In this document: positions 42,984-55,145 of the stretch, one piece after another
Layout: each line of letters begins with the position of its first letter
How positions within the stretch are numbered: position 1 is the stretch's first letter
NCBI GenBank assembly: GCA_964016885.1
Contig: OZ024746.1
Span: forward strand, 27,838,001 to 27,902,000
DNA from: Eledone cirrhosa
Lineage: Eukaryota
DNA length: 64,000 nt
Direction: 5' to 3'
The notes under the pieces: generated by a model
What the model was told of the DNA's origin: nothing
Database searches by the model: none
Seen by the model: only the letters and a program-made list of their open reading frames with translations
Made by a program: the position numbers and the translations under genes

Positions 42984-44056
42984 CAGTTGCATTTATCTTG
43001 TTTTATGTTCATACGAGTTATCACCAAGTCACAACCAGTGACCCCAAGAGACAACAAGGTCCGCCATGTTCAAGAAAGAACACATACACACACATGCATA
43101 TTTAGGTGTTTAGACTTGTGATGTATTTATATTGACAGAATCTTCCTTAGTATATGGGCAGTTCCCATTAGTACTTTCTTTTGTATTTCTCCTATACGCG
43201 GGTTTCTTGGGATTCGCGATAAGTAATCATTAGTCCCCTTATGTATCATTCCTAGAGCGCCTACAACCACTGGTATCGTTTTAGTTCTCAATTTCCACAT
43301 TTTTCCAATTTCTATCTCCAGGTCCTTATACTTGCTCAATTTTTCAAATGTTTTTATAGATACATTCTTGTCTATTGGAACGGACATATCAATTAGCAGG
43401 CATACCCTCTTTTTAAAGTCCTTCAGTATTATATCAGGTCTATTTGCATCTATTTTTCGGTCTGTTTGGATGTTAAAGTTCCACAAGATTGAGATATGAT
43501 CTTTTTCAAGTATGGGAGGTGGTTGATGCTCCCACCAATTCTTTTGATGGGGCACGTCAAAATGCTTACACATTATCCAATGTATGTATTGTGCAGCTCT
43601 GTCATGCCTGTTTAGGTATTCGGTTGGAGCTATAGGACTGCACATTGAAATTATATGATCAATGGTCTCTGGTTGTTTTTTACATACACGGCATAATGGG
43701 TTGTATCCATTTTTTATTATGTTGGCTTGGTAATATTTTGTTGACAGACACTGATCTTGTGCTGATATAATTAGTCCTTCAGTCTCCGATTTCAGTCCAG
43801 AGGATGCCAACCACTGATGGGTTAATATTTTGTCAACATCAGGATTGTTAGCTCTTTCTGGGTATTTTCCATACAGAGGCTTTTCTTGCCATTTCTTAGC
43901 CAGTTTCTGTAGCAGTTCTTTCTTTGCAGTTACTTTTACCTCTTTGGTTTTTCTGTGTTTTTCATTTCAGCAGTAAATGGAACTTCTGAAATTTGTAGTC
44001 CATTACTGTATCTTTGTGCATCTTTTATAATGGAGAATGATCTTTTGATGCTTTCG
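42984..44056 (-). mobile_element. R4/Dong-like RLE LINE, 5'-truncated, between (TAA)n tracts
   Basis: ORF 43127..43810: LKSETEGLIISAQDQ, CRVC..ETIDHIISMC zinc knuckle, YLNRHD, DANRPDIIL..LIDMS..EKLSKYKDL (PD-(D/E)xK RLE), PVVVGALG. Upstream KWQEKPLYGKY. Confidence 0.9.
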
Positions 44057-44076
44057 ATTATTATTATTATTATTAT

Positions 44077-45340
44077 TGTTCTTTGAGTCTCAGTCATTGA
44101 TGTTATTTAACTGGAAAGTTTGTTGAAATGAATATCAAGCTGCTACCTGCAGCCTCAGATATTCAGGACGTATCGGAGGGTTCTTGCTGTTCCCAGCAAG
44201 CATGCCTTTTGAAGTGTTCCAAAAAGCGGGGCTCGACTAATCTTCTTTAACCATCCCTGGAAACTCCTTGAGATAGTACCTAGTGCGCCTATGACAATCG
44301 GGACCACTTTGACTTCATGGCAGTTCCAAATCCTGGTATCGGTTAATTTTCTCCCTCTCCTTCTCTTGCACTCGCGTGTCGAATGGGCAGGCCACATCCA
44401 CAATCAAGCACGATCTTTTTTCCTTGTCCAAAACCGCCATGTCAGGCCTATTGTGTTCCAGTTTCTTGTCCGTCTGTATCCTAAAATCCCACAACACTTT
44501 CACCTGATCGTTTTCTATCACCGACTCTGGCTTATGGTCATACCACTTCTCCGAATGTGGTAAATTGTTTACTTTGCATAGGTGCCAGTGGATCACCCAG
44601 CCCATCACATCATGTCTCCAGCCTTTATATTGAGTCTGGTCTAGGTGTTTACACTCGGATACAATGTGAGCCACAGTCTCCTCTCTCTCTCCACAGATCC
44701 TGCACAGTGGGCTAGCCTCCTCCTTGTAAATATGGTGTTTCAGCCACTTTGTTTTGAGGGCCTGCTCTTGCGCAGCAATTAGCATTCCTTCTGTAGCCTT
44801 TTTAAGGTCTCCTCTTTTCAACCAGTTCCATGTCTGTGGATCTCTGAATTCCGTTTTCTCAAAGAAGGTACTATGAAGGGATTTTTCATGAAGGCTGCTC
44901 TTTCTCCTTGTTGTTATTAACTCCTTGGACATCTCTTGGTCTATTGTCCTCTCCTTCAGTACAATTCTGAGCATTGGCTCCTTACTATCGGTCACGTATT
45001 TGTGTAGGTTGTTTTTCTCCATCTGAACACAGTCCTCTATGCTGATAAGACCTCTTCCACCTTCAGATCTCCTTAAGTAGAGTCTATCGACATCACTCCT
45101 CTTGTGGAACATGTTGTAGATAGTCAATAGCTTCCTAGTCTTCCTATCCATTTCTTTTTGTTCAGCAACATTCCATCTCAGAATTCCCGCACTGTACCTA
45201 ATAATAGACACAGCTCGGGAATTTACTGCACTTATGGCATTCCTACTGTTCAGATGTGACTTTAATACGCTCCTTACTCTCCGAATGTATTCAGTTTTTA
45301 TCAATTCCTTCATTTTTTTGTTCTTGATGTCATCAGCCTC

Positions 45341-45343
<3 letters not shown>
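44077..45343 (-). mobile_element. Second R4/Dong-like RLE LINE family, 5'-truncated, between (TAA)n tracts
   Basis: ORF 44315..45391 (RLYLRRSEGGRGL, TEGMLIAAQEQAL, CRIC..ETVAHIVSEC, WRHD, HNRPD..IVDVA..EKINRYQDL) plus frameshifted end VVPIVIGALG..LQKACLLGTARTLR. Confidence 0.92.
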
Positions 45344-45369
<26 letters not shown>

Positions 45370-45371
<2 letters not shown>

Positions 45372-45541
45372 GTTCTTTGAGTCTCAGTCATTGGTGTTAG
45401 TTAACTGGAAAGTTTGTTGAAATGAATATTAAGCCACTACCTGCAACCTCAGATATTCAGGACGTATCGGAGGGTTCTTGCTGTTCCCAGCAAGCATGCC
45501 TTTTGAAGCGTTCCAAAAAGCGTGGCGGGGCCAATTTTCTT
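45370..45541 (-). mobile_element. Short 3'-end copy of the same R4/Dong-like family as 44077-45343
   Basis: ttgttctttgagtctcagtcattg...cttgctgttcccagcaagcatgccttttgaag is nearly identical to 44077-44240. (ATT)n on both sides. Confidence 0.88.
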
Positions 45542-45561
45542 TTATTATTATTATTATTATT

Positions 45562-48500
45562 AAAAGTTAGGACAGATATGCCACCATCCACACCAGCATC
45601 ACCAACCCCATCAACCCAAACACCAAGACCATCACCATCATTAACCCCAACACCACCATCACCTACACCACAAAAGTCACCAAAATGCGAAACAGAAACA
45701 AACCCACAACAAACGCAAACAAAAAAAACAACCAAAACGATACACACTACACAGCATTAAATTTGAACAACAAGCAATTATTGCACTACATCGAACACAA
45801 CACCAGCATCACAGAAAAAGACTACACAACAACCCCAAAATTCACACCACCTCCACACATACAAATCACTCGCATCACACAGAAAACGTACATGACACTA
45901 AAACAAAAATTCCCCAAAGACATCGGAGACTTCCGACAAGCACTCTCCAGGAGGATTTATAAGGACATCCTTCCTGAGGAGGCCACAAACAGTGAAAAGG
46001 ATGGAAAAACCGTCCTTCCCCTACGAGAAGTAAGGTAAGTGGTCTTTCCCATCTTTTCCACACCTTTTCAACATGACCTCACTCAGAATAGGCAGCATAA
46101 ATGCGCGTGGCTTGGGGTCGTCATGGAAGCAGGGCCACCTGCTCAACGACCTCAGGTCACTAAACATAGATGTAGTGGCCATCAGCGAGACCAGAATCTC
46201 CGAAGCACAGGCTTTCGCACCGATCTTCGGCGGCTACGATGTGTACGCATCTCCCAGCCGTCCGGGATCGGGGGGAGGAGTTGCTGTGCTTTTTCGGAGA
46301 GGTTTGGATCTTGCCATACGGGCCATCTTCCTGGACCCAGAAGGTAAGTTGGTGGTGCTGGACGTGACCAGCGGAGACGGGCAAGCTTTCAGTTTAGTGG
46401 CCGTCTATGCCCCGACAGGAGCAGGGCGGCCTGATTTCTTCCGGCGTCTGGAGACCTTTCTTGGAACGTCCCGCTCTTTAGTGTTAGTGGGCGACTGGAA
46501 CGGGATCTTAGATGCACGCTGGGATTGTGTGGGATTAGTGGATAGGGAAGGAGGGTACAAGAGTCTCACCAACCTGCTCAGACGTTTTGAACTGTCTGAC
46601 AGGTACCGAATGGATTTCCCGAATGTACCAATGTGGACTTGGACAAATCGCATAGGGTCATCCAGATCATATCTAGATAGAGTATTTTGTAGGGAAATAG
46701 ATAGGTCTAGCATAGGCTGTCCACAATTCAAGATAGTCAGCTACACGGACCACAAATTCGTGATCTGTGTGCTTGACTTAGATAGGCTTCATAGACAAGG
46801 ACCCGGCTACTGGAAGCTAAACGCGTCCTAACCAGCGCGCAAGGCCTACAGAGACCGGATTAGCGAACTAGTTAAGCGGGCGTTGACGGGGGCCATCGTC
46901 AACAACAAGTGGTGGTTTGCTCTGAAAAGAGCAATTAGAATAGAGTCCATTAGGTTTAGTAAGACTTTAGCAATAGAGAAAAATAGAGCAGAGGGAGAAT
47001 TAGTTAGAAAATTAGATGAGGCGCTTAGCAAAGGCATCGCGACCGACGTACTTGCGGCGAAATTGGCCCTTGACCAATTCTTCAATGCAAAGCACGAAGG
47101 CTGCGTTGTCAGAGCTAGGGTGCGTGCTCTCAGACACGAGGGGACGAAAGCCGTTCAATGGGCCCGAGTGGCGGAGGCGCGTCGTGGCAACAAAGCCACG
47201 ATCCGGTCTTTGGTGGACCACGAGGGGCGCATGCTACTCGATCCCGGGCAAATGTGTGAAGCTTTTCAGCGACACTTCGCTCAACTGTTTGGGGGCAGTG
47301 GCGGGCCGGATCGAGGGATGGACTTTAGTGTCTACCTCGACGGACTGCCGCGGCTTTCGGCCACTGAGGCGGAGTGTTGCGAAAAGCCGATAACAACCGC
47401 TGAAGTACGGGATGCAATGACTAGTTGCACAAGAGGTAAATCGCCTGGTTTGGATGGTCTGCCCTATGAACTTTATGTACAAATGCCAAACTTGTTCGGA
47501 GGCCTCTTGGCGGACGTCTACTGCAACTGGCAACAGAACGGGAGAATTCCCAGCTCTGTGAGCCGAGGAGCGGTGGCGCTGCTGAGAAAGGATCCGAACA
47601 AGGGGGATAACATAGTTAATTTTAGGCCCATAACTCTGCTAAACACAGAGTTCAATATTTTGGCCAAGGTGCTAGGAAAGAGGTTGGCGCTTGTCGTTGG
47701 TGGTCTGGTGGGAGAAGCACAGATATGCGCCATTCCCGACAGATCCATCCACGACAACCTCCACCTCATGCGATACATCGTAGAGAGGGTAGCTAGGGAA
47801 CCTGGCACGGGTGGGTCTTTGATCAATTTAGATCAGTCGAAAGCCTTCGATAGGGTCGACCATCGTTACCTAACGGCAGTCCTGAGGGCGGCTGGCTTTG
47901 GGCCCGTCTTCAGAGGCTGGATCGCTGCCATGCACAGCGACATCTGCTCTGTAGTGAGAGTGAACGGTCACCTTTCGGAACCGTTCAACATCATGCGCTC
48001 GGTCCGCCAAGGATGTCCCCTCTCGTCCCTATTGTACGTATTGACTCTCGAGCCATTACTGCACAAACTGGAGACGTTGAGGGGGGTCCCGCGCGAACTA
48101 GGATGCGGAAGATCCGTGTCAGCATATGCCGACGATGTCACCGTAGTGGTGTCGAACGCCAAACACATCGAGGCGATCGGCACTACACTAAGAGAATACG
48201 AAGCGGTGACAGGAGCAATGATCAACCAGGAATAGTCAGTGGGCCTGCAGCTCGGCACCTGGAGAGGCAGGTCCATGCCGTCCAACAGCGTCGTCGGGCG
48301 CTGGACGGACGGACCGGTTAAATTGCTAGGGGTCTGGTTCGGTCCAGACCTCCAGACGGACAAAAACTGGGACGAGGTGACGAGCAGGGTGGCTTCTCTC
48401 ACCCAGAAATGGGCCGAGAGGAAGCTATCCCTGAAAGGTCGAGCGGAGGTGGCGAATGCGTACATCGCATCCGTCATCTACTACCGCCTGACCGTCGTAC

Positions 48501-49735
48501 CTTGTCCTAAGCCCCGCCTGACTGCGCTGGAGCGTTTGCTCTTTCGCTTCTTGTGGAAGGGACGCGCTCCGATGGTCAGGCGGTCCATCTACTGTAAACA
48601 CCCGCTACGTGGAGGGCTGGGCATGCCGTGGCTGATGATGCGCAGACACGCGCTCAGGCTACGACATCTCCACCTCTTCCTCGACGGTGATCAGGTGTGG
48701 TCGCCGTTTGCAAGACACGTTTTTCCCCAGCTCGTCTCCTTGACGGAGCTGCAGTCCTGGGTCAAGCGAAGACCGAGAGGGAGCGCTTGGAGACTGGAAT
48801 GTCTTCAGGCGCTCACAGCCCTCGACCAATTGGGCAATGTGATCGGTGGAAACTCCACCTTGGCGTTCTATAGGGGATTAGTGGAGGGGAAGAGCGACGA
48901 CGTACTTGGAGAAACTCTAGGCGTCGACGAAAATCAACTAGCCAATCTCTTCGGAAGGACTTTCGGGCCGGGGCCTATGGACAACTTCCAGAAATCCCTG
49001 GCCTGGCAGTGCTACCGAGGAGCTTTGCCAGTTCGGGATAAACTCTACAGGCATGGAGGTGCCGTCAGCCGGGCATGTCCGAGATGCGCGCAGGGCGACG
49101 AAACCGTCCTGCACGCACTCGTCCAGTGTCCGAGCATCGCTGACTTGTGGGTTTATGTCGAACACCTGCTGTCACGTGTAGGACGGATCCAGCTATCAGC
49201 TGAGTCCATCGTGAGGATTGCCCCGCCCCCTTCCTTTAGCCTGGAAGGGCAGGCAGTTTTTATCTGTCTGGTGGCCATGGCGAAAGAGATAGTATGGTGG
49301 ACACGTTTGAAAGGGCTGAAGACGAGCACTTACCTCTTCGGTGATGCCCTGATTAACTTTTTCAAATTTCATTTGAAAAGGAAAATCAGGGTAGAGAGGG
49401 AAGTGCTCTCTTCCCAGCATTTTGTTGAAAGATGGGTGAGAGAAGCAAGTATGGCCCGAATGAATGGGCCTTCTCTGAGTATGTGTCTGTAAATTAAAGG
49501 TGGAAAACTGGGAGAGGGCACTTGCCCTGGTGGTCAGGGCCACTGTGGTCTTTTAATGGGCTTTCTCCACAAATGTCCCTTGGAAGTCTCCCCCCTATTG
49601 GGGAATTTTTCTTTGTTATTTTATTTCAACCTCTGTTTTTTTTACACGCAGAAATGCCCATTTGTACCGTCCTGTATTGTCCTGTACTGTCCTTAATGTC
49701 TACTTTATGTGAACCCTTGTGGTTAATAAAGAAAA

Positions 49736-49782
<47 letters not shown>
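45562..49782 (+). mobile_element. Tx1/L1-clade LINE, ORF2 complete in length, 5' region truncated or chimeric, (TTA)n tail
   Basis: GC-rich body from ~46000. 3' UTR with aataaa at ~49725 followed by (TTA)n. (TTA)n also at the 5' junction. The true 5' boundary is uncertain. Confidence 0.88.
46073..49492 (+). pseudogene. Tx1/L1-clade ORF2 (APE endonuclease + reverse transcriptase + C-terminal Cys motif) with two in-frame stops
   Basis: ORFs 46073, 46883 and 48239 are in one frame, broken by TAA 46829-31 and TAG 48233-35. Motifs: SINARG, ISET, VYAP, VGDWN, SYLDR, YTDHK, GPGYWKLN, KSPGLDG, NFRPITLLN, LDQSKAFDRV, VRQGCPLS, AYADD, CPRC..ETVLHALVQC. Confidence 0.93.
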
Positions 49783-49784
<2 letters not shown>

Positions 49785-50629
49785 CTTACACACACATATG
49801 TATACTTACATAGATATATATAACTACCTACCTACACTTTGTAAATTCTGTTTAATCTCTAGTTATATATTTCATCTATATGTCTGATGACACGTCATCT
49901 TGTTCGCATATCGTCTTTACACTTTTATATTGTTCCTTTATCGTCTTTACACTTTTATATTGTTCCTTTATCGTCTTTACACTTTTATCTTTCTTCCTCC
50001 CTCTTCATTTATTCATATAACTTTCCTTCATTTTAGAATCTTTTTTCTTCATTTTTTTCTATCTCTCATTTTTGCTATTATTTCTTCAAATATATTTTCA
50101 CCTTGTTTTTCTCGTTCATGTTGTTGGTGATGTTGATGATGTTGATATTGTTTTGTTTTTTTATGATGGTTCTGTTCATATTGATGTTGTTGACGTTGAA
50201 GTTGATGTTGTTGGTGGTGGTCATGATATGATGATATTGTAATTCGTGGTGTTGTTAATTTTTTTGTTTTTGGTGGTGATTCTGTTCATGTTGACGTTGT
50301 TGTTGTTTTCGTTATTGTTGTTGTTGTTGATGATGTTGCTAGTTTGTTGTTATTGTTTTTTTTTGCTGCAAGTACTTTTTCCCGTCATCAGAGTATTTCG
50401 TCTCTGCCGTCACAATTTATAATATACGCACAAGTAAAAAGAGAAAAAGAGGAAGAAACAAAACAATGGGTTATAAAGAGTGTTGGAATGAAATTAGATT
50501 AGCTGCTCATAATGTGTGTTTTTTCTGTGTGTTTATGTGTTGTTTTTTACTGTTCTCCTCGTTTTGTTTTTTTTTCTTCATTTTAATATACTGAGGAATT
50601 GCATTTACTCTTGTCTGTGTCATATTAAA

Positions 50630-50639
50630 TAACAATAGT

Positions 50640-50674
<35 letters not shown>

Positions 50675-50848
50675 CAACAACAAAAACTGTAACAACAATA
50701 ACAACATCATTATCATCATCAACAACAACAACATTAACAACAACAACATCACCATCATTAACATCAGGATCACAACCAATAACAACAACATAAATAGCAG
50801 CAGCAGCAGCAGCAGCAATGCTAGCACACCCCGACCACCACCACCACC

Positions 50849-50880
<32 letters not shown>

Positions 50881-51601
50881 CAACAAAAACAACAACAACA
50901 ACAACAAAACAATAACACCATCACTAACATCATCATCATCACACCCATCACCACCAACAGCAACAATAACATCATCACCACCACAACCATCACCAACACC
51001 ACCACCACCACCACAAACACCACCACCACGACCACCACCACCACCGCCACCATCAACAACAACAACAATAACACCATCACTAACATCATCATCATCACAC
51101 CCATCACCACCAACAGCAACAATAACATCATCACCACCACCACCACTACCACCACCACCATCAACAACAACAACAATAATATCATCACTAACGTCATCAC
51201 CACCATTGCCAACAACACCACAGCAACAACTGCCATACCAACAACAACAGCAGCAACAACAGCAGCAACAACAGCAACAACAGCAGCAACAACAGCAACA
51301 ACAGCAGCAACAACAGCAGCAACAACAGCAACAACAACAGCATCAACAGCAGCAACAACAGCAACAACAACAGCAGCAACAACAGGAATAACAACAGCAA
51401 CAACAACAGCAGCAACAAAAGCAGTAACAACAGCAACAACAACAGCAGCAACAAAAGCAGTAACAACAGCTACAACAACAGCAACAACAACAGCAACAAC
51501 AACAGCAGCAACAACAAGAATAACAACAGCAACAACAGGAATAACAACAGCAGCAACAAAAGCAGCAACAACAGCAACAACAAAGGCAACAACAACAGCA
51601 G
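50630..51601. repeat. Compound (CAA/CAC/CAG/CAT)n triplet repeat running into the gap
   Basis: Triplet mosaic with an internal ~156-bp duplication (~50908 and ~51064). A related (GTT/GAT)n tract lies at ~50120-50360. Confidence 0.93.
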
Positions 51602-51801
51602 NNNNNNNNNNNNNNNNNNNNNNNNNNNNNNNNNNNNNNNNNNNNNNNNNNNNNNNNNNNNNNNNNNNNNNNNNNNNNNNNNNNNNNNNNNNNNNNNNNN
51701 NNNNNNNNNNNNNNNNNNNNNNNNNNNNNNNNNNNNNNNNNNNNNNNNNNNNNNNNNNNNNNNNNNNNNNNNNNNNNNNNNNNNNNNNNNNNNNNNNNNN
51801 N
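51602..51801. other. Assembly gap (200 N)
   Basis: Run of N. Confidence 1.
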
Positions 51802-51844
51802 AAACAAATATACAGTTTCCCTTCAGAAAAAATGTTTGTAAAAG

Positions 51845-52006
51845 TAATTCAGAAATATGAGTATCGTTAATAATAACTGTTTCTACGTTAGGCACAAGGC
51901 CAGCAATTACTGGTACTTTATTTTATCGGTAATACACTGGGTAATTGCTGGCCTTGTGCCTAACGTAGAAACAGTTATTATTAACGATACTCATATTTCT
52001 GAATTA
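51845..52006. repeat. Fold-back of a SINE 3' end plus flank (66-bp arms)
   Basis: 51845-51910 is the reverse complement of 51941-52006. The loop is also SINE-derived. Confidence 0.85.
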
Positions 52007-52019
52007 GTATCTTTAATAA

Positions 52020-52242
52020 TAATTGTTTCTACGTTAGGCACCACAAGGCCAGCAATCTGAAGGAGGGTGAAGTCGATTAAATCGATCCCAGTGTATTACT
52101 GGTGATTTATGTGATGGAGCTCGTAAGGATGAAAGGCAAAGTTAACCTCAGCAGGATTTGAACTCAGAACGTAAAGGGCCGTAACTCTATGTTGCAAAGT
52201 TTGTTCTCCGACACTCCACCGATACTGCCAATCCACCACCCT
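52020..52242 (-). mobile_element. Full-length tRNA-type SINE (long subfamily)
   Basis: ttgtttctacgttaggc...gtcgattaaatcgatcccag...gaactcagaac...gatactgccaatccaccaccct. Confidence 0.9.
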
Positions 52243-52252
52243 AATAATAATA

Positions 52253-53062
52253 AAAAATTTCACAAAACTGCTGCTGCTGGAAATAAGAAGGGGCCAGGGC
52301 TGAGCAAAATAGAATATTGCAAAGAAAAAACACAGTACAAGCATTTGAAGATGGATAAAGCTGAAAGTAGATGGACAGAAAAAGGAATGTATGGACAATT
52401 CCTTAGTGATGTTGAAGAAAGGACAGACGGAGAAAAGGGTGGTTATGGATGGCTAAAAATGATCTAAAAACGGAAACAGAAGTCTTAATCTGTGCTCCTC
52501 AATAAATAACTATATCAAGCATAGAATGATAAGTGTAGAATTTGTGGAATGAATGGAGACATTCTATGGCATATTACCAGTCAATGCACATCACTAGCTC
52601 AGAAAGAATATAAGAGACGTCACGAAACCATAGCAAGGATAGTTCATTGAGCACTTTGTGTGGCAAATATGCACTTGACAGAGCAGAAAAACAGTATGAA
52701 CATAACCCTGAGGGTGTTATGGAAAATGATTTTGCAAAGACCCTGAGGGACTTTGAAATACAGTGTGGCCATGTGATTGAGCATAAAAGACAGATATTGT
52801 ATTAATTGAGAAAGAAAGCAAACAGTGTTGGACTATAGATATAATCTCTCCAGCTTATAAAAGGGTATGTGATAAAGAAGGAAAAAATGATAGATATGAC
52901 AAGTTAGCTGGGGAGGTTAATATGTATGGAACACTTACAAAAACAGCATTGCTTAGAACAGATCGAATACTCTGGACGGTACTCGAAATATAAGGGGTGT
53001 CACCTCAGTTCACTGGCACTGAACAGCTAAAACTCTAATACATCTCCAGCATTAGAAACAAT
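52253..53062 (+). mobile_element. Degenerate R4/Dong-like RLE LINE 3' fragment following (TAA)n
   Basis: RWTEKGMYGQF, DLKTETEVLICA, DKCRICG, HITSQCTSLAQKEYKRRH, YEHNPEGVMEND, DFEIQC, with many lesions. Confidence 0.82.
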
Positions 53063-53702
53063 AAAAATGGTAATGGTTTCTGATTAAGGCACAAGGCCAA
53101 TGAACCTTTTATCCCACCCTAGTACATAAAAGTATGATAAAATATTTTTAGATAAACATAAACATGTTAAAATAAGCAGGTTTTTATTGTACAAACAAGG
53201 GCTGTTTTAGGTGGTTCCACACATTTAAAACATTACCTTTAAACCAATATAACTTTCTATAAATCAATAGCAAAGCTAATGTATTTTAAGTGGTACCTAT
53301 ACGCTTCTTTAATCATAATTTCAGTTGGAAATTCTATAAACATTTACAGTTCTTAAAAAAATATATATTTAAGCTGATGTAATTTCTAACAATATTTAAT
53401 ATCATTCTGTAAACATACTAAGCCATTTAATGATGTTATACAGATTTTACAATTTTGAATGCCATGTTTTAATCTATTCTGCAGTATGAAACCGTTTTGT
53501 ATAATTAAATTGTAATAACGACATTCGATACTAGTCTTTAACTAGAAATAGCCCGCCCTTTTACTTCCTGTAAATACCCGGAATTACTCTTTAGATACGG
53601 CTTCTATAAATCATGATTATATATATATATATATATGTATATACATACATACATGCATATATATATATATCCATGCATATATATATACACATATATATCC
53701 AT

Positions 53703-53825
<123 letters not shown>

Positions 53826-54067
53826 CGTGCGTACAACCAGTACATTGAAAATCAGAGCTCATTAAAACCGAATATTAAACACTAATTAGAATACCATAAT
53901 ATCTTGCTTCTTATATTATTTTGTACTAACATCAATTCCGTTCTTAGTACAAGGTTATAAAGAATATTGTATTATACTAATTAGTGTTGAGTTATGGCTC
54001 CTTACCTTTTAACGAACAAATAAATCCATATGTATAAATACATATATATATATATATATAAATACAT

Positions 54068-54104
<37 letters not shown>

Positions 54105-54144
54105 AAGAGAGAGAGAGAGAGAGAGAGAGGGTGGGGATAGATAG

Positions 54145-55145
54145 AGGTGGTGAAATGCCAAAGTCGTTAGTGTGTTACATAGAATGCTTTGCAGCATTCG
54201 TTACTGCTATCTGCGCTCTGAGCTCAAAATACGCCAAGGCCAATTTTGCATTTCATCCTTTCGAGTTCGATAAACATATCAGCAGTCCAATACTGGGTTC
54301 GAGCCTTTATCTATATATTTTCCTAACTCCCTCTCTATTACACCCGCACAGCCGCCTTCTCAAGAAGAAATCGGGTGTTATGATTCCATAGACACACACA
54401 CACACAAACATACATATTGCTCATATAGTCACCATCTAACTCTATACTATCTTATATAGACATTTATAGAAAAAAGTATTACTTTTTTTTTCATTTATAT
54501 ATAAAAGAAATATTTATAAGTCGTTTGGAAGCCTCGACAATGCAAATGGGTAAATCTCCGGGTAACAGGGTCCGGTGTAGGAGAGAGAGAGATATGTAAG
54601 TGGGTGTACGTTGAGATGCGTGGTGTGTATAAGATGTGTGAGATGTGTAGAATGAAGGGAAGAGTGAAAGGGTAAAAATAATAATAACAACACAAGAGAT
54701 AGAGAGTTACCTTGGGAGAGATTTAATAGTCCCTATATATTTCGGATTCACATCCATCAAGAAATATGTATTATATATTTGCATTGCTGGTTTTAAATAT
54801 ATATATTTGTTCTGACTCTGTAGGTTTTGAGTTTAAATACTGCCGACCTCAACTTTGGCTGCTACGCTTCCTAGGTAGATAAATAAAGTACCAGTCACAT
54901 ACAGGTGTCGATATAATTGACATTTCTCTCTCACCCAACACACCTCAATAGTTAGCCTCGGGGCTAAATTCGAAATCATTGTTTATTTTATATGTGCACT
55001 CTTAGGTCCTTCGATATAAACTATTGGATCCATTGCCCTCAATGATTGTTTCTACTTTAGGCACAAGGCCAGCAATTACTCAGTACATTACTGGTACTTT
55101 ATTTTATCGACCCCGTAAAGATGAAAGACAAAGTTAATTACGGCA
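54145..55145. mobile_element. Old SINE fragments (~54145-54300 +, ~54815-54980 +, 55047-55145 -)
   Basis: Partial matches to the SINE consensus (tttcatcctttcgag.tcgataaa; aaataaagtaccagt; tctactttaggcacaaggccagc). Confidence 0.7.

Noticed and set aside
50818-51870. His/Gln/Thr-rich mucin-like ORF
   Set aside because: Triplet-repeat mosaic running through an N gap; open on both strands.
54728-54763. Minus-strand ttgatggatgtgaatccgaaatatataggga hammerhead-like string
   Set aside because: Core is incomplete and stem I is weak; not supportable alone.
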